From an uncultured Deferribacteres bacterium (lineage in GTDB: Bacteria; Zhuqueibacterota; Zhuqueibacteria; Zhuqueibacterales; Geothermadaptataceae): a stretch of 64,000 bases of DNA. The notes beneath the pieces are model-generated. The model had not been told where the DNA came from. It saw only the letters and a list, made by a program, of their open reading frames with translations, and searched no databases. Where the stretch lies: contig CAXHAT010000002.1 in NCBI GenBank assembly GCA_964014485.1, positions 1 through 64,000 on the forward strand, written 5' to 3'. Below, piece after piece: positions 9,359-18,632 of the stretch (position 1 is its first letter; the number at the start of each line of letters is the position of its first letter). Both the position numbers and the translations under genes were made by a program.

Positions 9359-10528
9359 TTAGAGATTTGTTTCGATTGGAATGCGGAGTTTGACTTTTAA
9401 GCCTTTCGATGCTTGATTTTCCAATGTTAGCAAGCGTTTACTCCCATAGATTTGCGCAAGCCTTTCGACCGTGTTTTTGAGTCCAACGCCTTTTGCGAAG
9501 GCTTCGGACTCTGGTATTTTTAGTCCCGGCCCTGAATCAATCACTGCAATTTCAAGCACTTTTCCCTCTCGTTTTTTGGCGGATACTTTCACCACGCCTC
9601 CCCCGCCGTCTTGTTCAAAGCCGTGCTTAATAGCATTTTCTACCAACGGCTGCAAAATTAGATTTGGAACTTGCAAATCAAGCGCGTCTGGTTCAATTTC
9701 AATCTCCGCCTGTAATCGATCTTGAAACCGGGTTTTCATAATTTCAAGATAAAGGTTTAAGAACGCGATCTCCTCCCGCAAGGGGACGAACTGCCTGCCT
9801 GAATTATCCAGAGCGAGCCGCAGAAGATCACTCAATTGGCGAATCATTTTATCCGCGGCGCGAACGTCCTCATAGATTAGCGAAGACAAAGTATGCAGCG
9901 CATTGAACAGAAAATGGGGCCGAAGTTGATCTTTTAAGGCTTGCAATTGCGCACTTGCCAATTGCGTTTCGAGACGCGTTGCGTGCAGAGCGCGCTCTTG
10001 ATATTTCTTATAATATTTGACCCCGTTTGCAAATCCAAGCACGATCCAATAGCCAAAAAACGCCGCATTTAGATTTCGTAAAACGGCAAGAAAAACAATT
10101 AACGACGCGTCAGGTTGCTGCCCCCGAAGCTGGCCTCGCGGCGGAACGCCCGGCGCGCCGGGAAAAAAGGACGGGATGCGCCTCGGTCTGTCAATGAACA
10201 AGTCCATCAAATAGACATGCAAGGCCGCGAGCAAAATTGCTGCAATCGCGTGAACCAAAATCGACCAATACCACGCTTTTTTTTCAAAAGAAAAGCGATG
10301 TGAAAGCGCAAAAATAACGGGCACGAAAAAACCAAAGAGATAAAACGCGAGCGAGATTCTGTATACGGCGCGGCGAACATACATCGGGGTTTCGGAATAA
10401 AGATCGCTGATCAAGAAAAGCTGCCACAGCGCCCAGCCAAAAACGGCCCATCCAACCAGGTAGAGCGCCCAGCGCACCGCCGGGCGCAACAAAAACATGC
10501 GTATTGAATTTTCTTTTACAGTTTGCAT
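9359..10528 (-). CDS. LytS/YehU-type membrane sensor histidine kinase
   Basis: N-terminal TM helices; QLRPHFLFNAL H-box, LQPLVENAIKHG, DSGPG, GVGLKN. Confidence 0.9.
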   Translation of the reverse strand: MQTVKENSIRMFLLRPAVRWALYLVGWAVFGWALWQLFLISDLYSETPMYVRRAVYRISLAFYLFGFFVPVIFALSHRFSFEKKAWYWSILVHAIAAILLAALHVYLMDLFIDRPRRIPSFFPGAPGVPPRGQLRGQQPDASLIVFLAVLRNLNAAFFGYWIVLGFANGVKYYKKYQERALHATRLETQLASAQLQALKDQLRPHFLFNALHTLSSLIYEDVRAADKMIRQLSDLLRLALDNSGRQFVPLREEIAFLNLYLEIMKTRFQDRLQAEIEIEPDALDLQVPNLILQPLVENAIKHGFEQDGGGGVVKVSAKKREGKVLEIAVIDSGPGLKIPESEAFAKGVGLKNTVERLAQIYGSKRLLTLENQASKGLKVKLRIPIETNL

Positions 10529-10558
10529 CCCGGCTCTATCGCCAATTTACAGGAACCG

Positions 10559-11638
10559 TTATTTGACCGTTTTCGCATAATCGTCTCCATAGTACTTGCT
10601 CGTGGTTTTCGTATGAAATTCCAACGCTGAAATCGGTGCATATTTCGGCTCCCCAAGTCCCGGCAAAACTTCGAGCGTTTCATCTTCCCACACATAAACC
10701 GCCATTGGGAACGTCACCCGAGGCTGGCCGCGCAATCTTGGTTCAATCGGCTTGCTCACGCGATGCGTCGTCGAAGGCAGGCGGTCGTTCGTAATGCGCT
10801 GCATGTAATCGCCGGTGTTGAGAATAATGCTGCCCTCCGGCGGATTCAAACGAATCCATTTCATATTCTCACGATTGAGCACTTGCAGCCCGTCCACCGA
10901 TTGCGACGGCAAAATCGTGAAAAGATCAACGTCTTCGTGCCCCAACATGCGCCCGGCGCCGGACTTGTCGTCTTCCTCGTTGATTGGCGGATAATAATTC
11001 AGGCGAAAGCCAAAATTCGTCCCCGTCAAGCGCTCGTCATAAAGATGCGGATCACAGTCAAGATAACGTAATATGCTCTGCATAATCGGCAAGATCAAGC
11101 CTTCGTGAGCCTGGACGATTTTTCGAAAAAATGCTTCGTGGCCGGACGTTGGCCAGAACGCCGCATCGTCAAAGTCAGCCTTAGCGTCCAGGTTAAAAGC
11201 GCGACGGCAAAAAACCCACCCTTCCACCAAATCCGGATGAATGATCGTCGTCTCTTTCATGGGGAAGTAGCCCTGATTGACTGAGCCAAAGCGTTTGGAT
11301 TTGTACTTCATGCGATGTTCGCGCGTCGTATTTTCGAAAATTTCGCATGTTTTTGTAAAGCCTTCACGGTACAGGCTAACGTCTACGTCATGATTCGTTA
11401 AAATCGCGAAGCCAATGCCCTCCATTGCTGCGCCGAGCTCTTGCGCGAATTTTGCCTTGCCCGCCGCGCCGCCGTGAATAAACTGCGCCATGTCGCAGAC
11501 CTTGATTTCATACGCCTCATCGTATTGATCTTCTTCCTCATGCTCTGCTAAATGATAGGTCTGCTTTTTCTCAACCTGATCGTAGCGGCTGAATTCCTGG
11601 TTGACGGCTGAAATGCCTTTTTCTTGGTTCCTTGCCAT
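10559..11638 (-). CDS. Isopenicillin N synthase-like 2OG-Fe(II) oxygenase
   Basis: RLNYYPP, HED (HxD), NTGDYMQRITN, HRV, RVT. Confidence 0.9.
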   Translation of the reverse strand: MARNQEKGISAVNQEFSRYDQVEKKQTYHLAEHEEEDQYDEAYEIKVCDMAQFIHGGAAGKAKFAQELGAAMEGIGFAILTNHDVDVSLYREGFTKTCEIFENTTREHRMKYKSKRFGSVNQGYFPMKETTIIHPDLVEGWVFCRRAFNLDAKADFDDAAFWPTSGHEAFFRKIVQAHEGLILPIMQSILRYLDCDPHLYDERLTGTNFGFRLNYYPPINEEDDKSGAGRMLGHEDVDLFTILPSQSVDGLQVLNRENMKWIRLNPPEGSIILNTGDYMQRITNDRLPSTTHRVSKPIEPRLRGQPRVTFPMAVYVWEDETLEVLPGLGEPKYAPISALEFHTKTTSKYYGDDYAKTVK

Positions 11639-11712
11639 GATTTTGCTCCGTTTTGTTCTGCGATTTATGCGGCGATATTCACTGCTCCTTCTTATGGAAA
11701 GCGTCTAATTTA

Positions 11713-11888
11713 AACTGATGTCATGCGCTCCGCAAACGTAAGGAGTGCAAAGCTTGCTTTGCTTTTCAGCTTCGGCCAACAAGGAACGGAGCATTCTGAA
11801 CTTTAACGAAAAAGTTTAGGAAAAAGCGTAGCGGATAGCAAGGCAAGCTTTGTACTCCATTTTCTACATTGGCTGCGTAAAATCAGTT
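11713..11888. mobile_element. Non-autonomous element: family-A terminal repeats around a GGAG-foot REP doublet
   Basis: Ends aactgatgtcatgcg and tgcgtaaaatcagtt; inverted pair ggagtgcaaagcttgctttgct (11742-11763) and agcaaggcaagctttgtactcc (11837-11858). Confidence 0.7.
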
Positions 11889-11893
11889 ATTTC

Positions 11894-12138
11894 AACTGAT
11901 TTTACGAATGCCAACGCATTGCCTGTTGCTTAAACGTGAACATGGTTTCATTAGCGCCGGGCTTGAGCCCGGTGACGTGCGAAACGCTCATTTTCATCTC
12001 TTCCGCCGCGCCAGCGCGGCGGAAGAGATGGGGCGGCTGTCTTTAAAAATCTCCGCTCTGAAGAACGGAGCTAATGAGAATCAAAAGTTGCTCACGGGCT
12101 TTGATCGCGCGTGCCAAACGGCGCGTGCGTAACATCAG
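11894..12138 (+). mobile_element. Family-A MITE/REPIN-like element (about 245 bp)
   Basis: Terminal repeats (aa)ctgat.ttacg / cgtaacatcag; three internal hairpins; homologous to 38766-39009 (inverted) and 45006-45252. Confidence 0.85.
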
Positions 12139-12227
12139 ATTTTAAATCGTTTCTGGTTTGCTCGCGATCATCAGCCGTTGAAGTGCTTGGCAAGATCGAG
12201 CCCGTTCGATACCTCTGCCAGGAGCTA

Positions 12228-13298
12228 TTATCGCGGGAATCGTTCATTGCGGCCAGGCAAGGACGGAAACGCACTGTGCGGCTCAGTTTGATACCAAAAA
12301 GCTGTTGAAGCGACGTCATCGGTCAATGGCTGATATTTATTATTTGGCCACCAACCAAGCGCCTGAACGGTGACGCGTAAATCCTTTTTAAACCGAATCG
12401 GATCAAAAACGTGCCAGCGATACAAACTGTGCTTCGGAACTTTTCCTGCTTCCTTTTGCCAAAAAGGATAGCCCAGAAACGGCGTACTATAAGTGTCGCC
12501 GAAACACCAGGCGCCGCCAAAATAATCTTCCGTGCCTGTGCCGCAAATCGTCGGGAAATCCTGATCGCCGTCGATAAAAAATTTGACTTCGCCCTCGCCC
12601 CACCAGCCGTCGGAAAGCTGCGTCCATGCGATGAAAGTTCCGACATAATGCCCTTGCCCGGCAACGCCGTCCAGAATCGCGTGTTCCGGGCGTTCCCGAG
12701 AAGTGAGACTTCGGCGCCACTGGGCATGAAAATATGCAGCGCTTTCGGGGATTTCTTCCAGGCTGTAAGAAATTTGATAAAAAAAGTGCTTAATCTCTTC
12801 GTCGCGCTGATTTTCGATGGTAATTTTTGCACTTTTGCGAAACGGCATGGCCCAGTAACAATTAAAGCCGCCGCTTGGATTGACCGCGATCATCATCGAA
12901 TTGACATTGTAGCGCACGCCGTGCCCGACGGCGAAAAAATCGCCCACAGGCGCTTCGATCGACGGCGTTGGTTCGTCGTCCCAAAAGAATCTCAGAATGC
13001 AGTCGCGATAGGCCTTGGGATCGACCGTCATCCAGATGTGTTGGACGACGCCCGGCCCTTCGATTTTAGCAAGCGTTGTCGTTTTTTGCGCCGGAAGGTC
13101 GATGCAAGGCCGCACTTTCCAACCACGACCTAAGTCTGATGCGGCGTTGTTTGATTCTGGAATAGCTCTGGCGCCGCCGCCTTTTTCGCCTGTCGGGTTT
13201 TCGGCGGAAATCGATCTGGTTTCTGCATTTTTAAGCAAGGGCAGCGTGTGGATAAACGCCGAAGAAGGTGACGTTGTCATCTGGGGTTTTGAGGTCAA
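12228..13298 (-). CDS. DUF2961 / glycoside hydrolase family 172 protein
   Basis: TRSISAENPTGEKG, GPGVVQHIW, WWGEGEVKFFIDG, GTGTEDYF, YRWHVFDPIRF; start is TTG 13298 or ATG 13280. Confidence 0.9.
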   Translation of the reverse strand: MTSKPQMTTSPSSAFIHTLPLLKNAETRSISAENPTGEKGGGARAIPESNNAASDLGRGWKVRPCIDLPAQKTTTLAKIEGPGVVQHIWMTVDPKAYRDCILRFFWDDEPTPSIEAPVGDFFAVGHGVRYNVNSMMIAVNPSGGFNCYWAMPFRKSAKITIENQRDEEIKHFFYQISYSLEEIPESAAYFHAQWRRSLTSRERPEHAILDGVAGQGHYVGTFIAWTQLSDGWWGEGEVKFFIDGDQDFPTICGTGTEDYFGGAWCFGDTYSTPFLGYPFWQKEAGKVPKHSLYRWHVFDPIRFKKDLRVTVQALGWWPNNKYQPLTDDVASTAFWYQTEPHSAFPSLPGRNERFPR

Positions 13299-14035
13299 TT
13301 CGAAGACAGGTTTTGGTCAAGAAACTCAGCAAAATGCACGATTTTCATATTCATGTTTTTTTCCGTCGCTTCCTGGCGCATGTGCATGATGCAGCCCGGA
13401 TCGTTTGAAACGAGGGTTTCAACGCCCTCTTTTGCAAAATAATCAAGCCGCGATTCGGCCATTGCTTCGGCGATTGAAGAAAATTTTATTGAAAACAGGC
13501 CGCCGAAACCGCAGCAAATTGGATTTCCGGCGGGCATGACAACGTCGTTCGTGAAACGGTGCAGAATTTCCAACGGCGCCTCAGCGATGCGCAATTCGCG
13601 CAGGCTGTGGCAGGAATTGTGAAAGCCGATTTTGCCCGAAAACGTATTTTCAAAGCCCGCGAAATCAGCGTACTCGATCAGAAATTCGGAAAGCTCAAAC
13701 ACGGAATCCGCAACCTTTTTGGTTTCCTTTGCTTCAGGCGCACCCTCGAAAAGTTTTCCGTAATATCGCCGAACCATTGCCGTGCACGAACCGGAAGGCG
13801 AAACGATCAGATCATCATCCCCGAACACTCTCAAAAAGTTCTTTGCGACAACGCGGGATTCTGCGTGATTGCCGGAATTAAATGCCGGCTGGCCGCAACA
13901 AGTTTGCTGCGAATCGTACTTGACCTTGAAGCCGAAACGTCGCAGAACGTTGAGCATAGCGACGCCAATTTCCGGATAAACCTGATCGACAAGACAAGGG
14001 ATAAAAAGCGAGACGGGAGATTGTGTTTTTGGCAT
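13295..14035 (-). CDS. lutA: LutA/YkgE-like CCG-domain Fe-S protein
   Basis: FIPCLVD, QTCCGQPAFNSG, SGSC, HNSCH, CCGFGG, DPGCIMH. Confidence 0.8.
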   Translation of the reverse strand: MPKTQSPVSLFIPCLVDQVYPEIGVAMLNVLRRFGFKVKYDSQQTCCGQPAFNSGNHAESRVVAKNFLRVFGDDDLIVSPSGSCTAMVRRYYGKLFEGAPEAKETKKVADSVFELSEFLIEYADFAGFENTFSGKIGFHNSCHSLRELRIAEAPLEILHRFTNDVVMPAGNPICCGFGGLFSIKFSSIAEAMAESRLDYFAKEGVETLVSNDPGCIMHMRQEATEKNMNMKIVHFAEFLDQNLSSN

Positions 14036-14088
14036 CGAATGATTTGAGAAAATGCTTGCGGTTTCTTTGACTGAATAAGCCGGGCTCT

Positions 14089-14282
14089 CTACCAGACACT
14101 TTTTTATAAACTGTATTTTCGAGCCGTCGAAAGGCCCGTTTTGTCATTCTGAAGGAATCTTTGTTATCGTCCAGTGCAGATCATGCTCAAAAGTTCAAGG
14201 ATCGGATCAAAAAGATGCTTCCAGCATGACAATTCAGGTCTCTTTCGCCAGTTTAGAAGCCTATACAAAAAGTGTCAGGTAG
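14089..14282. mobile_element. Family-B MITE-like element
   Basis: Terminal inverted repeats ctaccagacacttttt / aaaaagtgtcaggtag; internal tgtcattctg...agatgcttccagcatgaca; inverted homolog at 44932-45393. Confidence 0.8.
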
Positions 14283-14338
14283 TGAAAAACCGGATTAAAG
14301 GGACGTGTTAGAATTGCACTAAGCGATGTTACGCGCGA

Positions 14339-15505
14339 TTATGTTTTCCGAATAAGCTCAGCGCCGTTGTTCGCTGTCGTCAGATAAAAAGCCGGTTTGA
14401 TTCCGAATTTTTCCTGATAACTTCGTTCAACGCGTTGCTGAACTTCATCCGCGAGTTCGCGCCGGACAAGATTGACCGTGCAGCCGCCAAACCCGGCGCC
14501 GGTAAGCCTCGCGCCAACGCCGCCGTTGAAAGTCAAAACCTGATCGACAAGAAAATCAAGTTCGGCGCAACTGACTTCATAATTTTCTTTCAAGCTGACG
14601 TGGGATTCAAACATCAAGCTGCCGAACATGCTCAAATCTCCGCGCGTCAAAGCGTCGACTCCGGCTTTGACGCGCAGATTTTCAGCAAGAACGTGCCTCG
14701 CACGGCGAGCAATGTATGCCGGAATCGATTGAACGACGCCTAAAACCGATTCAAAATCTTCCAGATCTACGTCTCGCAAATTCGAAATTTCCGGCATGTA
14801 TGATTTTAAATGTCTAATCGCTTTTTCACACTCGATTCGCCGTTCCTTGTACTTGCTTGTCGCCAGCGTACGCGCCTTTTTGGAATCGATAATCAGCAAA
14901 ACATGGCCGCCCAAGTTCAGCGGGATCTGCTGTGATTCCAGCGAACGACAATCGAGCAGCAACGCGTGATCTTTTTGGCCGACAATGGAAACAAATTGAT
15001 CCATCACGCCGCAAGGCACGCCGACAAATTCAGCCTCCGCCGCGTGCGCGATTTGAATCAGATCGTCGTTCGATAATTCAAAGCCGTGGGAATCATTGAT
15101 TATCCGCGCCGTCGCGGCTTCAATCGATGCGGAACTGCTCAGCCCGGCTCCCAAGGGCACGTCGCTCCAAAAGAACAAATCCATGCCGCGCAGTTGAAAG
15201 CCGCGCGTGACAAACGCGTCCAAAACGCCGATTGGGTAGTCCGCCCAGGAATACGTTTTGCGAACATTGCCCGCGTTGGAGTCGATCCGACGCTCTTTCT
15301 GCGCGGAAACCAGTGATATTTTTTTATCATCTCGAAACGCCGCCGCGCAAAATGTTGCGCGATTGACGGCAATCGGCAGGACGAAACCGTCGTTATAATC
15401 CGTGTGCTCGCCGAGCAAGTTGACGCGTCCGGGCGCTTTGGCGACGAACTCCGGCGGACGCTCGTAGACAGCGGCGAACAATTTTTCGAGTGATAAAATG
15501 TCCAT
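14339..15505 (-). CDS. galK: Galactokinase
   Basis: APGRVNLLGEHTDYNDG, PLGAGLSSSAS, GVMDQF, GARLTGAGFGGC. Confidence 0.95.
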   Translation of the reverse strand: MDILSLEKLFAAVYERPPEFVAKAPGRVNLLGEHTDYNDGFVLPIAVNRATFCAAAFRDDKKISLVSAQKERRIDSNAGNVRKTYSWADYPIGVLDAFVTRGFQLRGMDLFFWSDVPLGAGLSSSASIEAATARIINDSHGFELSNDDLIQIAHAAEAEFVGVPCGVMDQFVSIVGQKDHALLLDCRSLESQQIPLNLGGHVLLIIDSKKARTLATSKYKERRIECEKAIRHLKSYMPEISNLRDVDLEDFESVLGVVQSIPAYIARRARHVLAENLRVKAGVDALTRGDLSMFGSLMFESHVSLKENYEVSCAELDFLVDQVLTFNGGVGARLTGAGFGGCTVNLVRRELADEVQQRVERSYQEKFGIKPAFYLTTANNGAELIRKT

Positions 15506-15681
15506 GCGTTCCGGGTTGTTCAGACATTTTTCCAACTGTAACCAGACGTTAAGAAAAACGTCGCGATTGTCAATCTATATCTGGCGGCGCGAAACCATTG
15601 CTCCATTGCAAAGCGCCGGATTTAGTTGTATACTGCGCCCTGGCAAATCACGTGTACAATGCATTCAATTTTCATTAAACC

Positions 15682-17958
15682 ATGCTCTCAAAATTCTTGC
15701 GACATTTGTTTGTTTTCCTGGTTTTTAGCGCGGCCTGTGCGCAGCCGCAGGAAAATGAGCGCGCCTGGATGGAAACCGCGAAGCAAAAAGCCGAGGACAA
15801 AATGAACTCTTCCTCTGAATTTATCAAAAGACAACTTGAAAAAGGGCTGAAGCCAAATCGTCTCATTGAAGAAAAAAGCCCCTACCTGTTGCAGCACGCT
15901 TTTAACCCGGTTGATTGGTTTCCCTGGGGCGAAGAAGCCTTTGAAAAAGCGCGTGTGACGGGAAAACCCATTTTTCTATCCATCGGCTATTCGACCTGCC
16001 ACTGGTGCCACGTGATGGAGCACGAATCCTTCGAAAATTCGGCTATTGCCGCGATTATGAACGCGCATTTCATCAACATCAAGGTGGATCGCGAAGAGCG
16101 CCCAGACGTGGATCGCGTCTATATGGCGGCGGTGCAAGCGCTGACCGGCGCGGGGGGCTGGCCAATGTCCGTTTTTTTGACGCCGGAGCTCAAACCATTC
16201 TACGGCGGTACTTATTTTCCGCCTGACGATCGCTTTGGACGACCGGGTTTTCCCGCCTTGCTCACGCGCATCAACCAGGCGTGGCAAGACAAAAACGCGG
16301 ACATTTTGACCTCGGCTGACGAAATTACCGCCGCGCTCAAACAAAGACAAGTCGCTCCCGCAAAAGCCGATTCATTATCAACTGCCGCGCTGGATGAAGT
16401 GTACGAAATTTTCAGACGCAGCTACGACGCCAGGCTGGGCGGTTTTTCAGGCGCGCCGAAATTTCCGCGTCCCGCGATTTTTGATTTCCTGTTTCAGTAC
16501 GGCGCGCGCACCGAAAACAAGCAAGCGCATGAAATGGCGCTGACGACGCTGCGAAAGATGCACGCCGGCGGCATGTACGACCATCTTGGCGGCGGCTTCC
16601 ACCGCTACTCCGTCGATGAGCACTGGCGCGTGCCGCATTTTGAAAAGATGCTCTACGATCAAGGCCAGCTCGTCAACAGCTACCTCGACGCTTTTCAGGC
16701 TTCGGGCGATTCCGGTTACGCTGAAATCGCCGAAGACGTTTTGCAGTACGTTTTGCGGGACATGACTTCGCCCGACGGCGGTTTTTATTCTGCGGAAGAC
16801 GCTGACAGCGCGCCCGATCCGCAGAACCCCGACCATAAAATTGAAGGAGCCTTTTATCTCTGGGAAATCAAGGAAATTGAAGGAATTTTGGGCCAAGAAC
16901 ACGCGGAGATTTTCACCTATGTTTTTGGGCTGGAGTCGGGAGGCAATACCATCTCCGATCCGCACGGTGATTTTGGAACCACGAATGTGTTTTACCTGGC
17001 GCAGCCTTTAGACAGCGCGGCGAGCCGGTTTCAAAAGGCTGAGGATGAATTGTTTCGGATTTTGCGGGAGGGCAGAGAAAAGCTTGTGGCTGTGCGCAAC
17101 ACGCGCTTGCGGCCCTTGCGCGACGACAAAATCGTCACGGCCTGGAATGGCTTGATGATTTCAGCTTTCGCGCGCGCCGGAATGATTTTAAACAACGAAG
17201 AGTATGAAAACGCCGCCGTTCGCGCCGCGGACTTTATCATCGCGAATCTTATGGATCGTGAAAGCGGGCGCTTGCTGCGGCGATTCCGAAACGGCGAAGC
17301 GCGCTATCCCGCCCATCTTGACGATTACGCCTACTTGATCGTCGGCCTTCTCGATGTTTACGAAGCCGGCGCTGAAATTCGTTTCTTGCAGCGCGCCGAG
17401 AAGCTGGCTGAAATCATGCTGGAAAATTTCTATGACGAAAATGAGCAAAACTTCTATGACTCCGCGCCGGAATCGCAAGAACTCCTGTTCCGCACCAAGG
17501 AACTTTACGACGGCGCTGAACCGTCCGGCGCCTCGATGGCCATGCTCGGGCTGCTGAGGCTGGGGCACATGACGGCGAATCAGGAATTTTTGAGCGTTGC
17601 CGAAAATACCGCTCACACCAGCATCTCCTGGCTGCAGCAATCACCCAGCGCTTTCCCCAAAGTGGCGACGGCGATTGATTTTGCCATGTCCAAAGGCAAG
17701 CAAATCGTCATTGCCGGCGCGAAAGACGCACCGGATACGCAAAAGTTGTTGGCGGGAATTCACAAAAGCTACCTGCCGAACCGCGTGATTATTTATGCTG
17801 ACGGCGAGGAAGGACAAAATTGGCTGGGACAAAAATCCGAAGCCGTTGCCGCAATGACCGCGCTTGACGGCAAGCCGACCGTCTACGTCTGCGAAAATTT
17901 CGCCTGCGAACTCCCGACTTCTGATGTCGATGTTTTGAGAAAATTACTCAGCAAATAG
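15682..17958 (+). CDS. YyaL/SPATA20-like protein (DUF255 thioredoxin plus alpha/alpha barrel) with a putative lipoprotein signal
   Basis: [54 protein letters not shown]-terminal LVFSAAC. Confidence 0.92.
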   Translation: MLSKFLRHLFVFLVFSAACAQPQENERAWMETAKQKAEDKMNSSSEFIKRQLEKGLKPNRLIEEKSPYLLQHAFNPVDWFPWGEEAFEKARVTGKPIFLSIGYSTCHWCHVMEHESFENSAIAAIMNAHFINIKVDREERPDVDRVYMAAVQALTGAGGWPMSVFLTPELKPFYGGTYFPPDDRFGRPGFPALLTRINQAWQDKNADILTSADEITAALKQRQVAPAKADSLSTAALDEVYEIFRRSYDARLGGFSGAPKFPRPAIFDFLFQYGARTENKQAHEMALTTLRKMHAGGMYDHLGGGFHRYSVDEHWRVPHFEKMLYDQGQLVNSYLDAFQASGDSGYAEIAEDVLQYVLRDMTSPDGGFYSAEDADSAPDPQNPDHKIEGAFYLWEIKEIEGILGQEHAEIFTYVFGLESGGNTISDPHGDFGTTNVFYLAQPLDSAASRFQKAEDELFRILREGREKLVAVRNTRLRPLRDDKIVTAWNGLMISAFARAGMILNNEEYENAAVRAADFIIANLMDRESGRLLRRFRNGEARYPAHLDDYAYLIVGLLDVYEAGAEIRFLQRAEKLAEIMLENFYDENEQNFYDSAPESQELLFRTKELYDGAEPSGASMAMLGLLRLGHMTANQEFLSVAENTAHTSISWLQQSPSAFPKVATAIDFAMSKGKQIVIAGAKDAPDTQKLLAGIHKSYLPNRVIIYADGEEGQNWLGQKSEAVAAMTALDGKPTVYVCENFACELPTSDVDVLRKLLSK

Positions 17959-17987
17959 CCGCTTTCGAGCATTGAAGTTGTTTGAAA

Positions 17988-18014
17988 TGTCATACCCGCG
18001 CAGGCGGGTATCCA
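17988..18014. repeat. Single REP-like palindrome
   Basis: tgtcatacccgcgcaggcgggtatcca (atacccgc-gcag-gcgggtat hairpin) just after the stop codon. Confidence 0.55.
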
Positions 18015-18062
18015 GGCAGCGGTGAACATAATTAACAGAGCTCGCAGAAAAAGGACATATTT

Positions 18063-18509
18063 ATGAAAAGGACTTTCATTCTTCTACTCACCGGATTTGC
18101 TACGCTGATATTTGCCGCTGCGCCCGCTTCGGCGCAAGACACGCGCGAATGGGATGCGGTGAAGTTCGGATTTTTCGATCTGGATGATGCGGCGCTTGGG
18201 CTCGGCTTTAAAGTCGCGGACATTTCCCCGCATTTAAACTTGAATTTTGACGCCGACCTCATGCTCTCCGGCCAGCCGCGCCTCTTGCTGGACGTTTCCG
18301 TGCGCTACCATTTTCGCCGGAGCGGACGCAGAACCTTGCCTTACGCCGGCGGCGGGCTAGGCGTGGCCTTGGGAAAAAGCAACTTCCTGCCCGGCCACAT
18401 TCTCGGCGGCCTGGATCTCAAGGTGGACGCGATTCCGATATTTACTGAAATTAAAATACATTTTGGGAAGGCCGATGCGGTGAGTTTATGGTTTGGGGTA
18501 AGGTATTAA
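18063..18509 (+). CDS. Small outer-membrane beta-barrel protein
   Basis: Signal peptide ending ASA-Q, amphipathic strands, PYAGGGLG, C-terminal FGVRY. Confidence 0.8.
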   Translation: MKRTFILLLTGFATLIFAAAPASAQDTREWDAVKFGFFDLDDAALGLGFKVADISPHLNLNFDADLMLSGQPRLLLDVSVRYHFRRSGRRTLPYAGGGLGVALGKSNFLPGHILGGLDLKVDAIPIFTEIKIHFGKADAVSLWFGVRY

Positions 18510-18632
18510 CGGGCAACGAAACTGAGCGCCGAAACACACGATGCACTAAACTTTGAATGATTTCTGCCGACGCTCGAAAGCCCCAAATTCGAAATTCCCG
18601 CCAAGCTTTTCGACGTTCAGGCGGCATGATTA

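Noticed and set aside
11908..12132. Short ORF similar to the ORF at 45088-45339 (FRRASAAEE...GANENQKL)
   Set aside because: The similarity comes from the repeated DNA element; starts and ends differ between copies, so it is not a credible protein family.
11713..12138. Possible CRISPR array
   Set aside because: The repeats are inverted and dispersed, not regularly spaced direct repeats with unique spacers; no cas genes are present.
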